DNA from: Gemmataceae bacterium
Lineage (GTDB): Bacteria; Planctomycetota; Planctomycetia; Gemmatales; Gemmataceae
Length of the DNA: 64,000 nucleotides
NCBI GenBank assembly: GCA_046350135.1
Contig: JAXMBB010000004.1
Location: 91,756-155,755 of the forward strand
Direction: 5' to 3'
Part shown: one piece after another, positions 47,822 through 57,719 of the stretch
Numbering within the stretch: position 1 is the stretch's first letter
Layout of the letters: every line of letters starts with the position of its first letter
Made by a program: the position numbers and the translations under genes
The notes under the pieces: model-generated
Told to the model about the DNA's origin: nothing
The model's input: the letters and a program-made list of their open reading frames with translations, nothing else
Database searches by the model: none

Positions 47822-48753
47822 CCCGCGTCACGGCCCCGAGCCGTCTGCATTTCGGCCTGTTGAACGTGCCCGCTGCCGGTGCTGCGCCCGAAGAACGCCG
47901 ATTCGGCGGCATCGGGCTCATGATCGACCAACCCGGCACGATCGTGAGCGTGCGGCCGTCCGACGGATGGCGGTTTGAAGGCCCGCTCGCGAGCCGCGCC
48001 CAAGTCTTCGCCCATCGCCTCCTCGCGGCCACGGGCCTGCCGATCCCGCCGCTTCGAGTGCTGGTCGAACGGTGCCCGGAGGAACACGCGGGGCTCGGAG
48101 TCGGCACTCAACTCGGGCTCGCGGTCGCCAAGGCGATCGCCGTTCAGTCCGGGCTCGACACGCTGGACGCCGTCGATCTCGCGGTGCTGATCGCCCGCGG
48201 CGAACGCTCCGCGGTCGGCGTCCACGGTTTCGATCGCGGCGGGCTCATCGTCGAACCCGGCAAGCGAAAATCGGAGCCGCTCTCGCCGCTTCTCTCGTGC
48301 ATCCGAATGCCGGAGGAGTGGCGCGTCGCGGTGTTCGTGCCGCGCGGCGGGCCGTCATGGCACGGTTCACAAGAAGAAGGCGCGTTCGCCACGGCAACTT
48401 CGACCGGTCTCACCGCTTCGCTTTGCGACTTGGCGCTGCGGGAGATGCTGCCAGCGGCCGCCGCCGGGGACCTGCCCGCGTTCGGTGAAGCGGTCCACGT
48501 CTTCAATCGTCTCGCAGGGCAACCCTTCGCCGTGGCACAAGGTGGCGAGTACTCTTCGCCCGAAGTTGCGGCGACCATCGCCCGCATCCGCGGCCTCGGC
48601 ATTCCGTGTGTCGGCCAGAGTTCCTGGGGGCCGGCGGTGTTCGCGATCGTCGCCGATCCGGATCGTGCGGCGAGACTGATCCACCAAATGAATGGCACCC
48701 GCGGCTGGATCGCGAAGGTCTCGGAAGGGCATATCATCGAACGCGGCGAGTGA
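47818..48753 (+). CDS. mptG: Beta-ribofuranosylaminobenzene 5'-phosphate synthase (GHMP fold)
   Basis: APSRLHFGL, FGGIG, HAGLGVGTQLGLA, RGERSAVGVHGF, GQSSWGP. Confidence 0.88.
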   Translation: MTRVTAPSRLHFGLLNVPAAGAAPEERRFGGIGLMIDQPGTIVSVRPSDGWRFEGPLASRAQVFAHRLLAATGLPIPPLRVLVERCPEEHAGLGVGTQLGLAVAKAIAVQSGLDTLDAVDLAVLIARGERSAVGVHGFDRGGLIVEPGKRKSEPLSPLLSCIRMPEEWRVAVFVPRGGPSWHGSQEEGAFATATSTGLTASLCDLALREMLPAAAAGDLPAFGEAVHVFNRLAGQPFAVAQGGEYSSPEVAATIARIRGLGIPCVGQSSWGPAVFAIVADPDRAARLIHQMNGTRGWIAKVSEGHIIERGE

Positions 48754-48823
48754 AGACGGCAGTTCACCAGGTGCGCGGCTACTGAAAGTCCGGTTTCCAA
48801 TGAAATCCTCGGAGGGCCGCTTG

Positions 48824-48990
48824 CCCCCACCTCTCCCCGTTGGGGAGAGGTCGCCGTGCCGATGCGCATGCATCGGCACGGCGGGTGAGGGGCGGTTCGA
48901 CGTCACACCGGTGGCGTCAAACGCCCCTCACCCGGTTCGCGAACGGCATTCGCCGTTCGCAGATCACCCTCTCCCAACGGGGAGAGGGTG
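48824..48990. repeat. Pair of inverted CIR/REP-like units, each with an internal hairpin
   Basis: CCTCTCCCCGTTGGGGAGAGG...GGGTGAGGGG and CCCCTCACCCGG...CCCTCTCCCAACGGGGAGAGGG; 14-bp perfect stem CGCCGTGCCGATGC/GCATCGGCACGGCG at 48852-48883. Confidence 0.8.
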
Positions 48991-49122
48991 ACAGATGCCT
49001 GCGGTCCGGCTGGTGTCTTTGCTTTTCCGACCATCAGTAACAAACCGATCTCGCGTCATGGGATGCTGGGAGTTCCCATGGCGATCCTTGACTCGCCAGC
49101 GCCCATGAAGTGCAATGTTTCC

Positions 49123-50085
49123 ATGAAAGCTCCCCCGTTCCTATTTCTCCTCCTTGCTTCACCCGCTCTTGCGGAGCAACCGAAGAACCCGGCGCATGCG
49201 GCGGCGGAGCGCGGGTTGAAGTTCCTGCAAGACGATGCTGTCGCCTGGAAGAAGGAGAAGCAGTGCGCCACATGCCACCACGGCACATTCACCGTGTGGG
49301 CGTTCGCAGAAGCCCGCCGGCGGGGCTACGCCGTTCCCGACGATGCGGTGAAGGATGTCGCGGAATGGACGAAGGAGCGGTTCAAGGATCTGGACAAGCC
49401 GCGCGATACGCGGCCCGGTTGGAGCATGGTCAATTCGCCCGCGCTCACGCTTGCATTCATGGCCACGGCCGTGGATCAAAACGAGATCACGGCGGCCGAC
49501 TTGAAACGCATCACCGGTCATCTGCTTCGCCACCAAGAGGAGCACGGCTCGTGGGCGTGGTCGTCCGCGCCGGCGAAGAACCGTCCGCCGCCGTTCTTCG
49601 AATCGGATGAGGTCGCGACCCGCTTGGCCCTGCTTGCGTTGCCGGAAGCGGCCGAGTTCAAGTCGAGCCGCGAGAAGGCGGGGGCATGGCTGGCCAAGGC
49701 GAAGTCCGAAGACACGACGCAAGCTGCGGCCTATCGGTTGGTCATGGCCGCACGCGAGAAGCCCCTGAAACTCGCGGACGACATCACGGCCTTCCGGAAA
49801 CGTCAGAACAAGGACGGCGGCTGGGGCCAAGTACCGAATGCGGCCAGCGATGCCTACGCCACGGGCCAAGCCATCTACGTGTTGAGCCTCGTCGAGGTGA
49901 AGCCCGACGACGACGCGATCCGACGGGGTGTGACCTTCCTCATCGGCAGCCAGAAGCCGGACGGCTCGTGGCCGATGGTCCGCCGCGGGCATCCGGGTGT
50001 GACGCCCGGCCCGTACACGGTTCCGATCGTGTATTTCGGCAGCGCGTGGGCCACGCTCGGCTTGATGCGAACGAATCCGAAGTGA
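49123..50085 (+). CDS. Secreted prenyltransferase/squalene-cyclase repeat protein
   Basis: Signal peptide; CATCHH; QW repeats (QEEHGSW, QNKDGGW, QKPDGSW); SDAYATGQA. Confidence 0.85.
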   Translation: MKAPPFLFLLLASPALAEQPKNPAHAAAERGLKFLQDDAVAWKKEKQCATCHHGTFTVWAFAEARRRGYAVPDDAVKDVAEWTKERFKDLDKPRDTRPGWSMVNSPALTLAFMATAVDQNEITAADLKRITGHLLRHQEEHGSWAWSSAPAKNRPPPFFESDEVATRLALLALPEAAEFKSSREKAGAWLAKAKSEDTTQAAAYRLVMAAREKPLKLADDITAFRKRQNKDGGWGQVPNAASDAYATGQAIYVLSLVEVKPDDDAIRRGVTFLIGSQKPDGSWPMVRRGHPGVTPGPYTVPIVYFGSAWATLGLMRTNPK

Positions 50086-50119
50086 TCCCGGTCGCTTCCT
50101 TCCTCGGCTCGGGTGCTCC

Positions 50120-51775
50120 ATGAATGCAATCGTGCTGAATCTGCTCTTGATGTCGCCCGCAGCGCCGGTGCCGGTCCCGCCGCCGCTGCCGCCCGCGGGC
50201 AACACCGTGGACCGCCACCAAGCCACGCAGTTCGCCGCGATGGTGAACAACACGGCGGTGATGGTGCGCGGCATGTATCTCGCCGACGTTTCCGCCAACG
50301 ATCTCTTCGTCGGCGCCATCCGCGGCCTGTACGACGCGGCGGGAGCGAAGGTGCCGGACGAAGTGCTCCAAGTCGCCGCCCGCGCCCAAGACAGCGTCGA
50401 TCTCCAGAACGTGCTGATCGACGCCCGTATGCGGCTCGGGAACAACCCCGCGCTTGCCGGGCCGCGCTCGCTCTTCGCCGCCATGAACGGCTTCAAACAC
50501 GCCACCGATCCGTACTGCGGCCTCGCCGGGCAGCGCGTCAACGATTTCGTCTCCGTCGACTTCGACTTTCATCTCGGGTTCGAACTGGACGGCGCGAGCG
50601 GTCCGCGGATCAGCATCTATCGCATCGAGCGATCCATATCGATCGGGCAGTTGCCGCCGGTCGGATTCTTCGGGCCAGTGCCGAAACCGGACGCGGTGGC
50701 CTCGCCGGCCGTGTTCCCGTGGCGGATCAAACGGATCATTCCCGGCAGTCCGGCGCAGCGGGCCAACCTCAAACCGGGGGACATCCTCACGCATGTGGCC
50801 GGAGAGGAAGTCACCGCCGAGAACGCGAACCGGATGTTCATCAAGCTTGCGGAGCCGCCGAACGCGGGCGTGGACCCGATGACCGGCCGGGCGTTGCCGA
50901 TCAAACGCATCCTCAAGTTCAAGCGCGGCCAAGAGACCTTCCACACCACACTCGCCACCGAGGGGTATGTTCCCGAGTCCGTGTTCGGCGTGATGCGCGG
51001 TGCGGACGGCAAGTGGGATTGCATGTTGGATCGCGAGTACAAGATCGGCTACATCCGCCTCGGGCCGGTGGAACAGGGCTCCGAACGGCTCTTCGAGTCG
51101 ATGCTGGACGATCTCACAAAACTGGGGTGCCGGGCTCTGATTCTCGATCTGCGGTGGTGCCCCGGCGGGTACGTCACGCCCGGCACCGCGATCGCCAGCA
51201 CCTTCCTGAAGCCGAACGACATCATCGCCCAAGTGGCAACCCAGCGGCGGAACCCCGTGAACCCGCCGAACGGGTTGGCGGGGCCGCTGCCCGAGGTGTA
51301 TCGCGCCGTCGCGCCGTACGCGGGCAAGTTTCCGAATACGCCGGTGCTCGCGCTCGTCGGTGCGGAAACGACCGGCGGCGGCGAATTGATCGCGGCCGCG
51401 CTTCAGGACAATCTCCGGTGCGAAACGATGGGCCAGCGCACCGCCGGCCGCGCGGCCATCCAGAACGCCATGGATGCGGGTTTCGGCCAGCTTCAGTTCA
51501 AGGTGACGACCGGTTCCACACTGCGCCCCAACGGAAAGCCGCGCGGCAGGATGCCGGACAGCAAGCCGACCGACGAGTGGGGCATCAAGCCCGATCCGGG
51601 ATTGGAGGTGCCGGTGTCCGCGGAGGTGTCCGCGAAGTTGCGTCAATGGGCGGACGAACACGCTTTGCGGCCGGGTGAGAGCAAAGAGGCGTTGCCGTGG
51701 GACGACCCGCGAAAGGATCCTTACCGCACGGCCGCTCTCGCCCACCTGCGGAAGAAGCTGGACCGCGTGAAGTAG
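50120..51775 (+). CDS. S41 (CtpA/Prc) family peptidase-like protein with PDZ domain; catalytic motifs degenerate
   Basis: PGSPAQRANLKPGD, KIGYIRL, LILDLRWCPGG, ELIAAALQD, WGIKPD. Confidence 0.85.
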   Translation: MNAIVLNLLLMSPAAPVPVPPPLPPAGNTVDRHQATQFAAMVNNTAVMVRGMYLADVSANDLFVGAIRGLYDAAGAKVPDEVLQVAARAQDSVDLQNVLIDARMRLGNNPALAGPRSLFAAMNGFKHATDPYCGLAGQRVNDFVSVDFDFHLGFELDGASGPRISIYRIERSISIGQLPPVGFFGPVPKPDAVASPAVFPWRIKRIIPGSPAQRANLKPGDILTHVAGEEVTAENANRMFIKLAEPPNAGVDPMTGRALPIKRILKFKRGQETFHTTLATEGYVPESVFGVMRGADGKWDCMLDREYKIGYIRLGPVEQGSERLFESMLDDLTKLGCRALILDLRWCPGGYVTPGTAIASTFLKPNDIIAQVATQRRNPVNPPNGLAGPLPEVYRAVAPYAGKFPNTPVLALVGAETTGGGELIAAALQDNLRCETMGQRTAGRAAIQNAMDAGFGQLQFKVTTGSTLRPNGKPRGRMPDSKPTDEWGIKPDPGLEVPVSAEVSAKLRQWADEHALRPGESKEALPWDDPRKDPYRTAALAHLRKKLDRVK

Positions 51776-51778
51776 GAA

Positions 51779-52651
51779 TCATCCCTCCGGCGCGGTCGCG
51801 GCCTTCAACCGGTCGCCCGCCTGCGACATGATGTGGTGGCCGACTTGGTTCGCGTTGTATCCGCCGGGCAACCGCACGAGCGGCTTCCCGTACTGGTCGC
51901 AGTACGTCTTCACGCTTTCGTAGTCATGGCTGGACCAGCGGATCGCCAAGAGCACAAGCGCGACCTCGGGTCGCGCCACGTCCGCCTCGAAGTGCGTGTA
52001 CGAGGTGTGCTCCGGGGTCACGATCCAACGGATGTCCGTGAGGCCGAAGGCGCGGATGAGCGCGGCCTTGTGCTTCGGACGGTCCTGCCCGCCGATCAGC
52101 ACGATTTCCTTGCCGCGTAGCAGGTCCGCCGCCGCGGTGACGGCCGGTGAATACTTCTCGGGCTTCGGCGCGGGGTCGGCTTCGGGCCGCGATTCGAGAT
52201 AGCGTTCGATCTCCCGCAGCACCAGTTCCACGTTCGCCGGCGGTCGCGGTTCCTCGGGGATGTCCTCGAACACCGGCAGCAGCAGTTCGCGCAACTCGGG
52301 ATTGCTCGGATGCATCCCCAAGTTCACCACTTCGTCGATGAGTTCGAGCACGCGGGCCCAGTCGGCCGCGTCCGCCTTCTCCCGCAACGTCTTCAGTTTG
52401 AACTTGAGGCTGTTCAGGCTCTTCGCCCGCTGCTTGTCGCGTTCGCCGTACGCCTTGAACTGCGACCACACTTCGGCGATGCGCTTGCTCAGGTCGCCCC
52501 ACGACGCCGGATCCGCGCGGTCTTCGCGCTTCAAGTACTTCGCGATGAACACTTGGCGGTCCCGCGCCGTGGAGCGGATGCGGGCGAAAATCTGAATCTG
52601 GTCGAAGTCCACCCGCACGTCCCGCACATCCGCCACGGCGTACAGCAGCAC
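51779..52651 (-). CDS. Hypothetical protein, C-terminal part (DUF2325-like flavodoxin-type domain)
   Basis: IVLIGG, LLAIRWSSH, CDQYGKPLVRLPGGYN; same frame as 52655-53293, separated by one TAA. Confidence 0.65.
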   Translation of the reverse strand: MLLYAVADVRDVRVDFDQIQIFARIRSTARDRQVFIAKYLKREDRADPASWGDLSKRIAEVWSQFKAYGERDKQRAKSLNSLKFKLKTLREKADAADWARVLELIDEVVNLGMHPSNPELRELLLPVFEDIPEEPRPPANVELVLREIERYLESRPEADPAPKPEKYSPAVTAAADLLRGKEIVLIGGQDRPKHKAALIRAFGLTDIRWIVTPEHTSYTHFEADVARPEVALVLLAIRWSSHDYESVKTYCDQYGKPLVRLPGGYNANQVGHHIMSQAGDRLKAATAPEG

Positions 52652-52654
52652 CGA

Positions 52655-53293
52655 TTACGCCCTCGGCGGCCAAGCCCAATACGCGCGGGCATGGCGGATC
52701 GCGAGTGGCGGAGCCTGCTCCCAATCCCGCATCATGAGCACCGCTTCGGCTGCGGTGTTGTACGCCCCGGCAAGGTCCTCCCAAGCCCGCTGCGACGACA
52801 CCATCGGCTCGCGGGCCAGCATCCACAGATGGCAATCCGGCAACGCTTGCGCCCGCTGGTGCAGTTCGTCCTCCTTCGCGTCGTTCCAATCCGAGGGATT
52901 GGCGATCCGCTTGGCGATCAGCGTGCAGGCCTCGCCCTTGAGGCGGCATCGGTCCGCCACCACGGACGGCGGCAGAAGGTCCAGTTCCCGCTCGCCTTCG
53001 AAGTAGTGCGGTTGTTGCGGGACGGGCGGCTGATACTGCGAGCCGATGTCCAGCTTGGGAAGTTGCGAGAGGGGAACTGCGGGAGGGAGCGGCGGCGCAG
53101 GCGGCGGCGGGGGAACGGGTGGCGGCGGCGGAGCGGGAATCGCGGGCAAGCCGTCCAATCGGGACGCGAGATGCCGGGCGAGAACGGCCACGGCGGCGGT
53201 CAGTTCCGGATCATCCGGCAGTCGCGGGGCCAAGTATTTGGTGAAGGCCCACTGCGCCAGCCGGCCGATCGCCTCAGACACTTCATCCGCCAT
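52655..53293 (-). CDS. Hypothetical protein, N-terminal part of the same interrupted gene
   Basis: ATG 53293 with AGGTG upstream; Pro-rich linker; RCRLKGEA, LPDCHLWM. Confidence 0.65.
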   Translation of the reverse strand: MADEVSEAIGRLAQWAFTKYLAPRLPDDPELTAAVAVLARHLASRLDGLPAIPAPPPPPVPPPPPAPPLPPAVPLSQLPKLDIGSQYQPPVPQQPHYFEGERELDLLPPSVVADRCRLKGEACTLIAKRIANPSDWNDAKEDELHQRAQALPDCHLWMLAREPMVSSQRAWEDLAGAYNTAAEAVLMMRDWEQAPPLAIRHARAYWAWPPRA

Positions 53294-53345
53294 GTTCGCA
53301 CCTATTTGGACAAACAAATGCCAAACCGACCACCCTTAACGACTT

Positions 53346-53427
53346 CGGGCCGGGCGCGAAAGTCGCGCCCGGCCCGGAGAATGGTGTATTTCAGTTAATA
53401 CGAAACGAGCGGCCGAATGGCCGCTCG
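53346..53427. terminator. Two GC-rich hairpins downstream of the minus-strand hydrolase-fold gene
   Basis: CGGGCCGGGCGCGA-AAG-TCGCGCCCGGCCCG (53346-53376) and CGAGCGGCC-GAAT-GGCCGCTCG (53406-53427); the latter is followed by TTTCGTATT on the minus strand. Confidence 0.55.
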
Positions 53428-53438
53428 CCGCGTCTCGG

Positions 53439-54563
53439 TCACGGGCGGAAGCCGCCGAACGACGGGTTGCTCAGATCGAAGTAGTACGGACCGGGGTACT
53501 TCCGTTCGCGACGCACGACGGACGCGCGGTCTTTTTGACGTGCTTCGAGATACTTCATGATGGTGTCTTCGGTCTTGAGTTGGGCGTTGTTGCCGAGCAG
53601 GGCCGCACCTTTCACCTTGGTGCCTTTCACTTCCTCGACGAAGGTCTGTTCGAGAGCCTTGATGCCGAGCGTCTTGTTTCCCTTGGCCACGAGCACCTGG
53701 TTGAAGAAGAAGTTGGCTTGGGCCTTCGCGGCCGCATCGTCGCCGCCGTACATCAGCAGCATCGGATTGTTGTCCCGCAACTTCTGCTGGTTCTTCACCC
53801 AGTCCGTCACGATCCGTTCCGGAAATGCGACGGGCCGGGTGCCGGTGAGCCACACCGCTCCGGCGATGTCCTTGCCCGCCTCCGGATCGACGACGATGCC
53901 GGGAGTCGGCACGAACTTGTACACTTGGCCGGCGCCGAGCAACGGGTGGATCGCCGGGCGCACCCACTCGCCGGTCATCCACAGAAGGCCGAGCCCGGCC
54001 GCGTCGCCCGCTCCGATCACGTAGATCGAACTGGTGCTGAGGTCGTTCTGGTCGTTCTTGCCGTCCAAGTGGGCGCGGGCCGCCGCGATGTCGTTCACGA
54101 AGATCGGAACGTAGCCCTTCAAGCTGGCCACGTCGGTCTTGATGTCGATGTCGTTCTTGATGGGCTTCTTGTTCCAGCCCTTCACGTACTTCTTGTTCCA
54201 CGGGCCGGTGACGTTGTTGAACCAGAATTCATTGGGGTCGGTGATGTCCTTGCTCTTGCCGTGGCCGCGCCAGTCGAACCGGAAGACGTGGAAGCCTTTG
54301 TCGTTGAGCGTCTTCGTGAGACCGGACCAGTCGCCGGGCTTGTCCATGCTGTTGCCGACGCCCGGCTCGTAGAGCAGGATCACGACGGGGTTGCCGGTCG
54401 CAGGTTTCGGGGACTTGTGGAACAGCCCCTTGAGGCGGACGCCGTCCGCAGTCGGAAACGTCTCCTCCACGGGTTTGTTGTCATCCTGGGCCGTGGCATC
54501 GCCTTGCGAGGCGAGCGAGACGAGAGCGGCGAAGAGGAGGGGAGCAGCCAGCCAGCGATGCAT
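53439..54563 (-). CDS. Secreted alpha/beta-hydrolase-fold protein
   Basis: Signal peptide; FPTADGVRLKG, GFHVFRFDWRGHGKS; elbow reads IGAGDAA. Confidence 0.8.
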   Translation of the reverse strand: MHRWLAAPLLFAALVSLASQGDATAQDDNKPVEETFPTADGVRLKGLFHKSPKPATGNPVVILLYEPGVGNSMDKPGDWSGLTKTLNDKGFHVFRFDWRGHGKSKDITDPNEFWFNNVTGPWNKKYVKGWNKKPIKNDIDIKTDVASLKGYVPIFVNDIAAARAHLDGKNDQNDLSTSSIYVIGAGDAAGLGLLWMTGEWVRPAIHPLLGAGQVYKFVPTPGIVVDPEAGKDIAGAVWLTGTRPVAFPERIVTDWVKNQQKLRDNNPMLLMYGGDDAAAKAQANFFFNQVLVAKGNKTLGIKALEQTFVEEVKGTKVKGAALLGNNAQLKTEDTIMKYLEARQKDRASVVRRERKYPGPYYFDLSNPSFGGFRP

Positions 54564-54797
54564 GGCAGTACCTCGTTGGGAGGGGCGTACAATCGTGTGA
54601 ACGTACTGGGATCATAATTCGTTGGCGCGGCGGGGACAACCGCGGAGACGAATCCGCGCCGAATTGCAGCCGATCCGTGGCAATCTGTGTCGGCGTGCGT
54701 TCCAAAAGTCGGGTTTACTTTGTCGCGGCCTCGCGGCATAAGCCCGATTCGAGACGCCGGAGGGGGAATTCCGGCCGCATCGAATCGGGGGAATCCC

Positions 54798-55316
54798 ATG
54801 CCATCGTTCCGAGCCTGGGGGCTCGCGGCTGCCGCCGCTCTGGGCGCCGGTTCCGGCGTCGCGGTCGCCGAACCGCCGCCCACCACCGTGTTCGCCAAGC
54901 TGTTCGGCCCGTCGAAGCCGAAGGCCGGGCCGACCGCCCGCACGAACAACGCTCCGCCGCGGTCCACGGCGCCAGCCACTCTGCCGCCGGACGTGATCGC
55001 CACCTCGCTTCGCGCCGAACAGGAGGCGTGGGAACGCCGCATGTCCGTGTGCTTGAAGCTGCGGGAAGCCGCGATCCAAGCCAATGACGAAGCCCTGCTC
55101 AAGCAGGTGGACGATCTCGAACGCCAAGCGACCGCGCTCTACACGGCGCGGACGAAAGTGCTCGGGCTGCCGAAGTCCGCCCCCGCGGAGATGGACACGG
55201 ATGTGAGGCAGGCCGCCCGCAAACTGACGACTCCGGCCGCCGGTGAACTCGATCCCGCGGTTCGCACCGCCGAAGCCCGCACCCCGAAAGATGTGATCCG
55301 GGAGGTGCGGCCATGA
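54798..55316 (+). CDS. Hypothetical secreted protein
   Basis: Signal peptide; helical AEQEAWERRMSVCLKLREAA; overlaps the next start (ATGA). Confidence 0.72.
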   Translation: MPSFRAWGLAAAAALGAGSGVAVAEPPPTTVFAKLFGPSKPKAGPTARTNNAPPRSTAPATLPPDVIATSLRAEQEAWERRMSVCLKLREAAIQANDEALLKQVDDLERQATALYTARTKVLGLPKSAPAEMDTDVRQAARKLTTPAAGELDPAVRTAEARTPKDVIREVRP

Positions 55317-55642
55317 GAACGCTTCTGCTCGCCCTGCCGCTGATCGCCGGCCTCGGTTGCACGAACATGCAGCCGATCGGCCCGCTGGCGAAATCGAAGC
55401 CGCCTGCGAAGGCATCGGCTGCCGCCGCCGACCCGGACATCCCGCCGCCGCCGTCGGAATCGACCGCACGGAAGCCCGTTCCGCCCGCGATGCTGATCGT
55501 GCCGGGCGAGGTGAACACGGACAACGCATCCGCCGCGGCCCAGAAACTCGCCAACGAGTTCGAGTACGATTGGAAGACGTTGCCGCCGCCGTCCAAGACT
55601 GCGGAAGTGTCCCGCATCAAGAACGGCGTGAAAGTGCAGTGA
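55313..55642 (+). CDS. Hypothetical lipoprotein
   Basis: MRTLLLALPLIAGLGC lipobox; GGAGG RBS. Confidence 0.72.
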   Translation: MRTLLLALPLIAGLGCTNMQPIGPLAKSKPPAKASAAAADPDIPPPPSESTARKPVPPAMLIVPGEVNTDNASAAAQKLANEFEYDWKTLPPPSKTAEVSRIKNGVKVQ

Positions 55643-55664
55643 GCGCGGCGTACAACATCTCGCG

Positions 55665-57095
55665 ATGTTCTGGCGCCTGTTCCTCACTTACGTACTGCTA
55701 GTCGTCGTCGCCACGGGGCTGGTCGCGCTGCTGATCCTGCAGCGGGACCGGCCTCTCTTTTTCGAGATCGTGAACGAAGTCGGCGTCGCGGTGCTTTTCG
55801 CGATCGTCATCTCCGTGGGCTTGGCGTACCTGTTGGCGCGTCGCTTCGCCCGGCCGCTGTCCGAACTCGCCGAAGGGGCGCGTCACTTGGCCGAAGGCGA
55901 ACTCGGCCGCACCATCCGCGTCTCGGGCGGCCGCGAGCACACGGAACTCGCCGCGGCGTTCAATACGATGAGCGGCCGGCTCGCCGACACCTTCCAACAA
56001 GGCGTGCAGGACCACGAACAATTGCTCGCGATCCTTTCAGGGATGATCGAGGGCGTGATCGCCGTGGACCGCGAACTGAGCGTACTCTTCGCGAACGGCC
56101 GTGCCGGGGAACTGCTCGGCTTCGATCCGTACACCGCGGTCGGCCGCAAGCTCTGGGAAGTGGCCCGCCAGCGAGGCTTCCAGGAACTGCTGGAGAAGGG
56201 CTTGCGGCACGACGGCCCGTACCGCGAAGAGTTGGACCTGAAGATCCCGGTGGAACGCAACCTCGCGGTGTACATCTCGCGGCTCGCGGGGGACGCGAAC
56301 GCCGGCGCGGTCGTCGTGATTCACGACGCGACCGAACTTCGCATGCTCGAGCGGATGCGGCAGGACTTCGTCGCCAACGTCTCCCACGAATTGAAGACCC
56401 CGCTGGCCGTGATCAAGTCCAACGTCGAGGCGTTGCAGGACGGCGCGGCCCAGGATCCGGACATGTGCGCGATGTTCCTCAACCAAACTTCGCAGGAAGC
56501 GGACCGTCTCGCAGCCCTGATCTCGGACCTGCTCAGCCTCGCCCGCATTGAATCCGGCCAATTCGGGATCGAGCTTCAATCCGTGCCGCTGGACCGTGCG
56601 ATCCTCGATTGCCTGGAACGCCACCAACCGAGGGCCGAAGCGAAATCCCACACGCTTGTGGAAGTGCCGCCCGCCTCCGGCCCCGCGGATCTGCCCGCGA
56701 AAGCGGATCCGGACGCCCTCCGCCAAGTGCTGGACAACCTCGTGGACAACGCGATCAAGTACACCCGCAACGGCGGCACGATCACGGTGCGCTGGTACCC
56801 GGCGGGCGAGCAGGTCGGGTTCGAAGTGGAAGACAACGGACCCGGCATCAGCGACCGCGACTTGCCGCGGATCTTCGAGCGGTTCTTCCGGGCGGACAAA
56901 GCCCGCAGCCGGGAAGTGGGAGGCACCGGCCTCGGCTTGGCCATTGTGAAGCACTTGATCGGCACCATGAAGGGCACGATCCGTGTGAGCAGCCAACTCG
57001 GGAAGGGAACAACGGTTCGCGTCACGCTTCCCGCAGCTTCGTCCGGACAAACTCGCCCTCATCAGACAGATGGTTCCATCCGAGAGCCTTCATGA
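55665..57095 (+). CDS. Sensor histidine kinase, PhoR-like (2 TM-HAMP-PAS-HisKA-HATPase)
   Basis: DFVANVSHELKTPL, NLVDNAIKY, EDNGPGI, FERFFRAD, GGTGLGLAIVKH. Confidence 0.92.
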   Translation: MFWRLFLTYVLLVVVATGLVALLILQRDRPLFFEIVNEVGVAVLFAIVISVGLAYLLARRFARPLSELAEGARHLAEGELGRTIRVSGGREHTELAAAFNTMSGRLADTFQQGVQDHEQLLAILSGMIEGVIAVDRELSVLFANGRAGELLGFDPYTAVGRKLWEVARQRGFQELLEKGLRHDGPYREELDLKIPVERNLAVYISRLAGDANAGAVVVIHDATELRMLERMRQDFVANVSHELKTPLAVIKSNVEALQDGAAQDPDMCAMFLNQTSQEADRLAALISDLLSLARIESGQFGIELQSVPLDRAILDCLERHQPRAEAKSHTLVEVPPASGPADLPAKADPDALRQVLDNLVDNAIKYTRNGGTITVRWYPAGEQVGFEVEDNGPGISDRDLPRIFERFFRADKARSREVGGTGLGLAIVKHLIGTMKGTIRVSSQLGKGTTVRVTLPAASSGQTRPHQTDGSIREPS

Positions 57096-57697
57096 TCCGC
57101 ACGATCTTCTTCGACTTCGGCAACGTGCTGGCGTTCTTCGACCACGGCCGGGCGATCCGCGAGTTCGCCAAGTTCACGGACATGGACCCGGTCGAACTCG
57201 GCCTGCAACTCTACGGCGGCCCGCTCGAAGACGACTACGAGCACGGCCACATCACTACGGCCGAGTACGTTCGCGACGCGATCCTGAACGGTCGGTTGAA
57301 GATGACACCCGAGGCGTTCCTCAGGCACTTCGTGGACATATTCTGGGCCAATCCCGAAGTGTGCGACCTGATTCCGAAGTTGAAGCCGCGGTACCGGGTC
57401 GTGCTCGCCTCGAACACCAACGACGCGCACTTCACGCAATACACCGGCCAGTTCGCCCATGTGCTCAAACACTTCGACCACTTGGTCGCATCACATTTGG
57501 TGCGGGCCCGCAAACCGCATGACGCATTCTTCGATGCGGCGAAAAAGCAGGCCCGCGCCGAACCGCACGAGTGTGCCTTCGTGGATGACCTGCCGGTGAA
57601 CATCGAGGCGGCCAACCAGGCCGGATTCCACGGCATCGTCTATCTTCCGGACGACACGCTGGCGGCGCGATTGCGAAAGCTCGGAGTCGATGTGTAG
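57092..57697 (+). CDS. HAD-family phosphatase (YihX-like)
   Basis: FFDFGNVL, ASNTN, RKP, FVDDLPVNIEAA. Confidence 0.9.
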   Translation: MIRTIFFDFGNVLAFFDHGRAIREFAKFTDMDPVELGLQLYGGPLEDDYEHGHITTAEYVRDAILNGRLKMTPEAFLRHFVDIFWANPEVCDLIPKLKPRYRVVLASNTNDAHFTQYTGQFAHVLKHFDHLVASHLVRARKPHDAFFDAAKKQARAEPHECAFVDDLPVNIEAANQAGFHGIVYLPDDTLAARLRKLGVDV

Positions 57698-57719
57698 CCG
57701 CACAAGTCGCCGGCCGTGA

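Noticed and set aside
47255-48753. H4MPT genes as a sign of methanogenesis or recent transfer from archaea
   Set aside because: H4MPT-linked C1 genes are an established native feature of Planctomycetes, and composition matches the host.
52655-52657. Programmed stop-codon readthrough
   Set aside because: The codon is TAA and neighbouring codons read better in a shifted frame (VLGLAAE), pointing to local sequence error.
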